Positions 57,225 to 64,000 of a DNA stretch of 64,000 nucleotides are shown here, piece by piece. This DNA comes from the human T2T-CHM13v2.0 reference genome, Homo sapiens, in the NCBI RefSeq assembly GCF_009914755.1, contig NC_060928.1; one strand, written 5' to 3'. The notes under the pieces were generated by a model. That model saw only the letters and a program-made list of their open reading frames with translations, searched no databases and was not told the DNA's origin. Every line of letters starts with the position of its first letter. Within the stretch, counting starts at the first letter, position 1. The translations under genes and the position numbers were made by a program.

Positions 57225-57680
57225 CACATACGTGCACTGTTTACAATAGCAAAGACATGGAACCAACCCAAATGCCCATCAATGATAGACTGGATAAAGA
57301 AAATGTGGTACATATACACCGTGGAATACTATGCAACCATAAAAAAGAATGAGATCAGGCCCTTTGCAAGGACATGGATGAAACTGGAAGCCATCATTCG
57401 CAGCAAACTAACACAGGAACAGAAAACCAAACACCACATGTTCTCACTCATAAGTGGGAGTTGAACAATGACAATACATGGACACAGGGAGGGGAACAAC
57501 ACACACTGGGGCCTGTCGTGGCGGGGGGGTACAAGGGGAGGGAGAGCATTAGGACAAATACCTAATACATGCAGGGCTTAAAACCTATATGATGGGTTGA
57601 TAGGTGTAGCAAACCGCCATGGCACACATATACCTATGTAACAAACCTGCACACTGGAATTTAAAGTAAAATTTTTTTAA
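57225..57680 (+). mobile_element. L1PA 3' end (5'-truncated)
   Basis: ALFTIAKTWNQPKCPSMIDWIKKMWYIYT...SLISGS is the L1 ORF2 C-terminus; primate L1 3' UTR follows. Confidence 0.93.
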
Positions 57681-58137
57681 AGCTTAATTAATAAACACAA
57701 AAATATGTTATAAAACTGCAACCAAGCTCTAGCTTTTAAAGTTAGAAGAAGAAAGTATTATAAACTTACTGAAAGACTGTCACATTAGTAATACAATGTG
57801 AAATAAAACAATGACAAGAGAATGCTACTAAACTCAGGATGTCATGAAGTATGTTGGACCACAGTCAGATGCCCCATTCTTTCATTTGTCAATTATGTGA
57901 ACTCCATGTGCAAATTATTTAAACAATTTTATAGTTAAGATGGTAAAATGAAAGAAAACATGTCAGATGTCAAGCCCTCAAACTCTTCCCTGCGTTGTGG
58001 AGTAACTGACATGTTTGAATTTCAGGATGATCAAGAAATCACACCCAAAAGCCTGACTCCTTTTCATTCTCCTGTATATAATGAAGAGCCTGATTAGCAT
58101 TAGAAGAAGGAGAGAAAAACAAACCAGGAAGTCTTCC

Positions 58138-58450
58138 AGTGGTTCTCAGCCTAGTCTGCCCATAGAATCACTGAGGCATCTTTCAATAACCTGATGCCCA
58201 CACCATACCCCAAACTCAGTTACATCAAAATACCTGAGGGTGCAGCTTCTAGGGAGAACGAAGCAGGAGGATCACTTGAGTCCAGTCCAAGGCTGAATGA
58301 GCTATGATCACACCAGTGCACTCTAGCCTGGGTAATCGAGCAAGACCCTGTTCTAAATATCGATCAATCTAAATATTTAGGGGTAGAACCCAGGTCTCAA
58401 TAATTTTTACAGTTCTCCTTGTGGCTCCAGGACGCAGCTGAAGTTGTGTC
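58138..58450. mobile_element. MER5-type MITE with inserted Alu right-arm fragment (about 58255-58355)
   Basis: cagtggttctca...agaatcac; gcaggaggatcacttgag...gcactctagcctggg. Confidence 0.6.
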
Positions 58451-58810
58451 TCACTTCTCTAGACCCTGCCCACTTCTGGCCTCCCCTGAGCCACACCAGA
58501 TCATTCCCTGTCTTGTTCTCTATGGTCCTCGGTGAATTTGAGAAAAATTAGAGGTCAAGGAGTTGGATGCCAAAGGCTTGCCTAGCAGCTGCCAACTCTA
58601 TCACCAGAATACAATAGCTTAAAAATCATCACTGAAGTCTCAAGAACCTGGAAGAGTCTAGCTAGGATATGAGAGAGGGCTGTGACAATCACACCTTCCT
58701 GAATAAGCCTGAATTAGAGAGATGCATGCCAGGGTTTAAACCCTGCATATCCAGAAAATGTTATGGCTAATAGAAGAGCTATCAGCAATAGCTTTAATTG
58801 GTGCTTTAAG

Positions 58811-59421
<611 letters not shown>

Positions 59422-59634
59422 TGAGACTATCTGGGGGCGTGGCCTGGGTAACAGTATTTCTTAAAAGCTCCCCAAATAACTCTAGTAAGTATGTATGTTA
59501 GGTTGAGAATGACTGAGTTAAATAATAACTGAGTGGACTTTATTTTAATTTGCCATTGTTCGTGAAGACAGTCATTAGTTTTAAATGTGATTAGACAACC
59601 CTCCACAGAAGCCTTTGGGAACAAAATTAAATTT

Positions 59635-59770
59635 TGTAGAGACAGGGAGTCTCACTTTGTTACCCAGGCTGGTCTCAAATTACTGGGCTCAAGCAATCCT
59701 CCTGCTTCAGCCTCTCAAAGTGCCAGGATTACAGGTATGAGCCACCAAGTCCTACCAGAATTTGCATTTT
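59635..59770 (-). repeat. Local duplicate of 59113-59245 (Alu arm plus flank)
   Basis: Shares private Alu mutations and the flanking agaatttgcatttt. Confidence 0.9.
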
Positions 59771-59985
59771 GGAGTATGCACCATTAAACAGTTTAACTCT
59801 TCAGTTGATCTCTTTTTAAAAATCAATTGTTCAGCATCTGTGGAATCTGATTGTGATGTGGTCAGGGACAGAATGGGACTAAAATGAGAATAACCATGCC
59901 AGACTCTTCAGGACACAACCTGGCTATGGGAGGCTGATTGTGTTTGCATGGAGACACTAACTCCAAGTGGATGGATGACACCACT

Positions 59986-60130
59986 GGGACACTGTTGCTC
60001 ATGGACCACAGACAGTGGCGCTGGGACACCAATGCTCAGACTATAGATGGTGGTGATGGGACACCATTGCTCATGGACTGCAGACAGTGCTACGAGGACA
60101 CCGATGCTCATGGACTACAGATGCTGCTCT
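59986..60130. repeat. Degenerate minisatellite, four units of 35-37 bp
   Basis: Consensus gggacaccaNtgctcatggactNcagaNNgtg; units start at 59986, 60023, 60058, 60095. Confidence 0.85.
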
Positions 60131-62504
60131 GAAGTGCTCTGCACTTTACTTTTCTCTAGTTCATTTCCAAACGGTACTAACTTATTATTTATTATCTGGA
60201 ATTACTTCATTTGTGTACTTCTCTGCCATCTGTCTCCTTCACTGTTTTGTACGTATCCCCAGCACCTGCAACCCCATCTGCTGTGTGTGGAAGGAATGAC
60301 TGAAGGAAATGTCCAATAGGCCTGGTGGGCCTGTGGTGAAATTGCCAGTCACGCTCTCACCTTTTTCTCCAGAGTCTGATCTCCTCCTTCCCCTAACAAC
60401 TTCCTTTCTGTCATACATACACGGTGTATCTCTAGTCACAAAGAAAGACAAATCTAAAGTGGTTTTCCTTCAAAAAGCTATCTAAATTTTTCAAACATAC
60501 AAGGGAATGGAGGAATTGCTTAATAACAACTTATGCATCCTAAATAATGAGACTTCATGTTTATAGTTTTTTTTTTGTCAGGAGCAATGAGGGTGGTTCA
60601 TGCATTTGCCCCCACGTAAAGGTCAGGTGACTTGATTCTCTCTGGGAGCAGGACTCGAGAAGAGGAGGGATTGCTGTTTTCTTATAAGCTCAGTTGTTCT
60701 ACATATTTGCCAATTTTATTAAGTGAAAGCCTTCACCTAATATGTTTTTTCTGACTAATTTACTTGAAGAAGTTATGGACAGAGTAAATAGGTGGTTGAA
60801 CAGATACAAGGCAGAAGCATTGAAGATTAATGGCAGCTTGTAAGTGCAGAAAGGTATTTGAGATCATCAAGCAATGCCTGTGTTTTGTACACTTTTTCTC
60901 TTCAGCCACCAGATAACTAGAGGTGATGATGCCTTGCATCGAAAGAACATAAAGAAAGGATTCTTTTTTCTGGTTTTGAGGAGGTTGTCTGGTAAAACAC
61001 TTTCAGCCAGTAGTCTGCTCTGGGAAATTACTCGTTAGGGTTTGTTGTATTTTTACCTCCTTGAATTGAGAAGCACACCTGCAACTGTAATTTACTATCA
61101 GATTAAAACATGTTTCACAGTGGGGAGACCCACAATGTTCCAATGTCTTTTTCATTTGAAACTTTTATTTTGATGTCTTTTTAAGAGGAAGCTTGCTCAC
61201 ATTTAATCAGATTTGCTCAGGCCCCAAGGCTGTTTCTGGTTTGAAGTCACTCACTTGGGGAAGCTGCATTTTTGACCGCCTGACTACCTTTTTATACACT
61301 GGAATCCTACAGTAACCTGTAGCACCTGGCAGTTTTAAAGAATGCGTATTTTTAGGAGACAGAACACAAATATATTTTAAAACCTTCAAAAAGTTCTTCG
61401 TACCATCAATGAGATAAGCAACATGAAAGTGCTTTGAAATGAAAAAAAAAAAAGGATTATTAAATGATCGTTATTGCCAAACTGAATACTTTCCCAATTT
61501 TACTATATTTCTACTTATTTTATTATATTTCTTCTTTTCAAGGGCCAATTTCAAAATTATAATTGAAAAGAGTAACTTGAAAACAGATACTCCCAGCCAT
61601 GCCCTTGCCTCAAGACATCTGCCGTCTCCCTGGCCTCTGAGGCAGGGTGGGAAGACACCGCCACCCCATTCCATAGGTGAAGAGCTCTTTCATGGGGTAC
61701 ATGCACATCCCACTCCTTGCTCGGCTCAGCACAAGCTCAGCATTGCCAGAGAGAAAAACTGGAAGACAGAGACAAACAAAACAACAACTGGTAGGTGGGT
61801 GCTTGTGATAAGTTAAAGATAGGAAACCAGGGAACGCTGTGGGCTGCCACCCCAGGGGCTTGGTCGCCACCAAGAGTGAAGGAGGAACAACAGGGAGAGG
61901 ATATGCACCAGAGTCCCCATCGCCAGCCTAAGCAGGAGCACAGGAGCAACAGCGTTTGATGCTTTCCTACAAGAGGCTGAAGAAGGAAACAAGTTGCTGA
62001 GGTTTTGAAGAATCGTGGGTCGCATTTCCTTGGATCAGCTAAGCCCCGAACAGATCCCTAAAGCAACTGGGCTTCTGGTCCTATTTCACCTTCAAAGAGA
62101 ATCAATCCTACCCTTCCATCCTGAACAGTCTTCTAGGCTCAAGCACTCTGAATTTTCCTATCGTGGCTGGAGCTATCGATTTGGTGCTAGTCTCACTCTC
62201 TTTGTCAACCTCTCTTGTGCATTTATTAATACAAACTTATTATTTTTTCCTAACTTAGTTTTTAACGTGATTACATTCACAGATTTTTTAAAAGTTGATC
62301 TGCTCTTGAATTCCTGGTTTTATTCTATGTAATTATCAGTATTTTTTTTCAGAAATGGTCTCTTTTTATTTGAATGGTTGATCTAGGACTCAGCCTAAAT
62401 ATTATTCTAATACGTAGCTGTACATAACCAACATGTCTATGATGTTAGTGATGAACCAGAACCAACACAGAGATGGTCTTTGCCTGATAAAAGATAATCA
62501 CAAT

Positions 62505-62750
62505 CCGAAATAAAATTACTAGGTAAAATACAGGATGCCTAGTTAAATTTGAGTATCAGATAAACAATGAAACATTTTTAGTTACATGTCCCATGTAATA
62601 TTTGTACTAAATACTTATACTAAATTGTAAAGGACATACTTATACTAAATTGTAAAGGACATCCTTATACTAAAGGAAAGCATTGCTTATCTGAAATTCA
62701 CATTTAACTGGTTGTCCTATATTTTTATTTGTTAAATGTGGCAATCTTAA
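62505..62750. mobile_element. MER53-type palindromic hAT MITE with internal 25-bp tandem repeat
   Basis: aaaatacaggatgcctagttaaatttgagtatcagataa ... ttatctgaaattcacatttaactggttgtcctatatttt form inverted arms. Confidence 0.8.
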
Positions 62751-63448
62751 TCATAAACAAATAAGCAAACAAGTATAAGTCTTAGAAAAGAATAAATCAA
62801 TTTTTAAATGAATGCATTTAGTGTTGTCAGGGAATAATTACAATATGTCAGCAAACCTTGGCAACCATTGGAATCCCGTTTCTGAAAATTACAGTGTAGT
62901 GTGAAGTAGAAAATAACAACGATGGTTTTAACTCATATGAAACATAGAAAAAATTCAGAAACAAACTAGATTTATTGGTTTTAAGGAAAAGAAGCCAGAA
63001 CAACTACCAGAATACTGTTCTGTTAGGTAACTCTTCTTTTAACCACCTTCTTTAATTACTCAGGAAATATTTCTGTGTTTTCCTCAACAACTGGAGTAGA
63101 TTTTCCCATGAGTTTTATGTTACACAAAGTTTAGTTATTTTTAAAGTTATCAAATCAGCTCTTACTGGCTTGAAGTTAAGTATCCATGGAACTTGTATTT
63201 CCTTTGTTTTCCTTTCAAATGTCTCCCCAAAATGCTTGTAACTGTGTATCCTTTCTGTAAATAATTTTGCCACTTATTGTGTATTTTTCTGGGTCTGAAC
63301 TTGTGTTCATATTTTCAGAAGGTGGGTAAAAATGTTTTCTCCGCAGCTACATAGTATTTTCTCCAGGAAGGCTGGCGGGGGCAGAGTGCAATAATTGTTT
63401 TGGTTTGAAGGGACAGAGGTGAACTGTTCATACATTAAAAGATTTGGG

Positions 63449-63779
63449 AGGCCGGGTGCGGTGGCTCACGCCTGTAATCTGTAATCCCAGCACTTTGGGA
63501 GGCCAAAGTGGGCGGATTACTTGAGGTCAGGAGTTTGAGACCAGCCTGGTCAACATGGTAAAACACCATCTCTACTGAAAATACAAAAAAATTAGCTGGG
63601 CTTGGTGGCAGGTGCCTGTAATCCCAGCTACTCGGGAGGCTGAGGCAGGAGAATCGCTTGAACCCGGGAGCCGGAGGTTGCAGGAGCAGAGATTGCACCA
63701 CTACACTCCAGCCTGGGCAACAGAGTAAGACTCCATCTCAAAAAAATAAAAATAAAATAAAATAACTAAATAAATAAAA
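63449..63779 (+). mobile_element. AluS
   Basis: Forward dimer, TSD aaaagatttggga; 7-bp internal duplication ctgtaat. Confidence 0.9.
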
Positions 63780-64000
63780 GATTTGGGATAGTTAGCTAAT
63801 ATTCTGGAATAAAATTATAAAACTGGGTTAACTAAAAATAACATTTATCCAAGTATTGATATATTTTGATTTTATTATTTAAATGATTACAATCTCCTCA
63901 TATATACAAGTAAATCTTGGGGCATTTGATAAATTTCATGTTTATGCATTCATTGAGTCAGCCACTACACTTTTGTTGTGTGCCTATTAACGTGCAAGTG

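Noticed and set aside
59986-60130. CRISPR-like spacing of 37-bp units
   Set aside because: Human DNA; units are contiguous degenerate tandem copies with no unique spacers and no cas genes.

Overview
Human (primate) genomic DNA, roughly half interspersed repeats. The only protein-coding gene is TMEM154, a single-pass type I membrane protein, on the minus strand. Six coding exons (exons 2-7, at 46078-45818, 45727-45689, 37598-37571, 36329-36244, 34158-34101 and 21743-21728) splice in frame through GT-AG junctions to give ...GNYEELENSGDTTVESERPNK...[TM]...KRKRTKQEPSSQGSQSALQTYELGSENVKVPIFEEDTPSVMEIEMEELDKWMNSMNRNADFECLPTLKEEKESNHNPSDSES*. The signal-peptide exon 1 and the promoter lie beyond base 64000. 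The 3' UTR has a proximal AATAAA (19312-19317) and a probable distal ATTAAA (11823-11828). A processed RPS14 pseudogene lies downstream at about 6968-7520. The rest is about 30 Alus, a near full-length Tigger1, an internally deleted old L1, MaLR LTRs, hAT and mariner MITEs, L2/MIR relics and simple repeats. I found no clear novel gene system. The most interesting signals concern TMEM154 RNA processing: a CFTR-like (TG)8(T)34 acceptor on the last exon, a weak exon 6 donor with G-runs and an intronic AATAAA, a candidate alternative terminal exon in intron 3, a stop-free 90-nt intron, and inverted Alus confined to the long 3' UTR. Repeat family names come from recalled consensus sequences and their boundaries are approximate.
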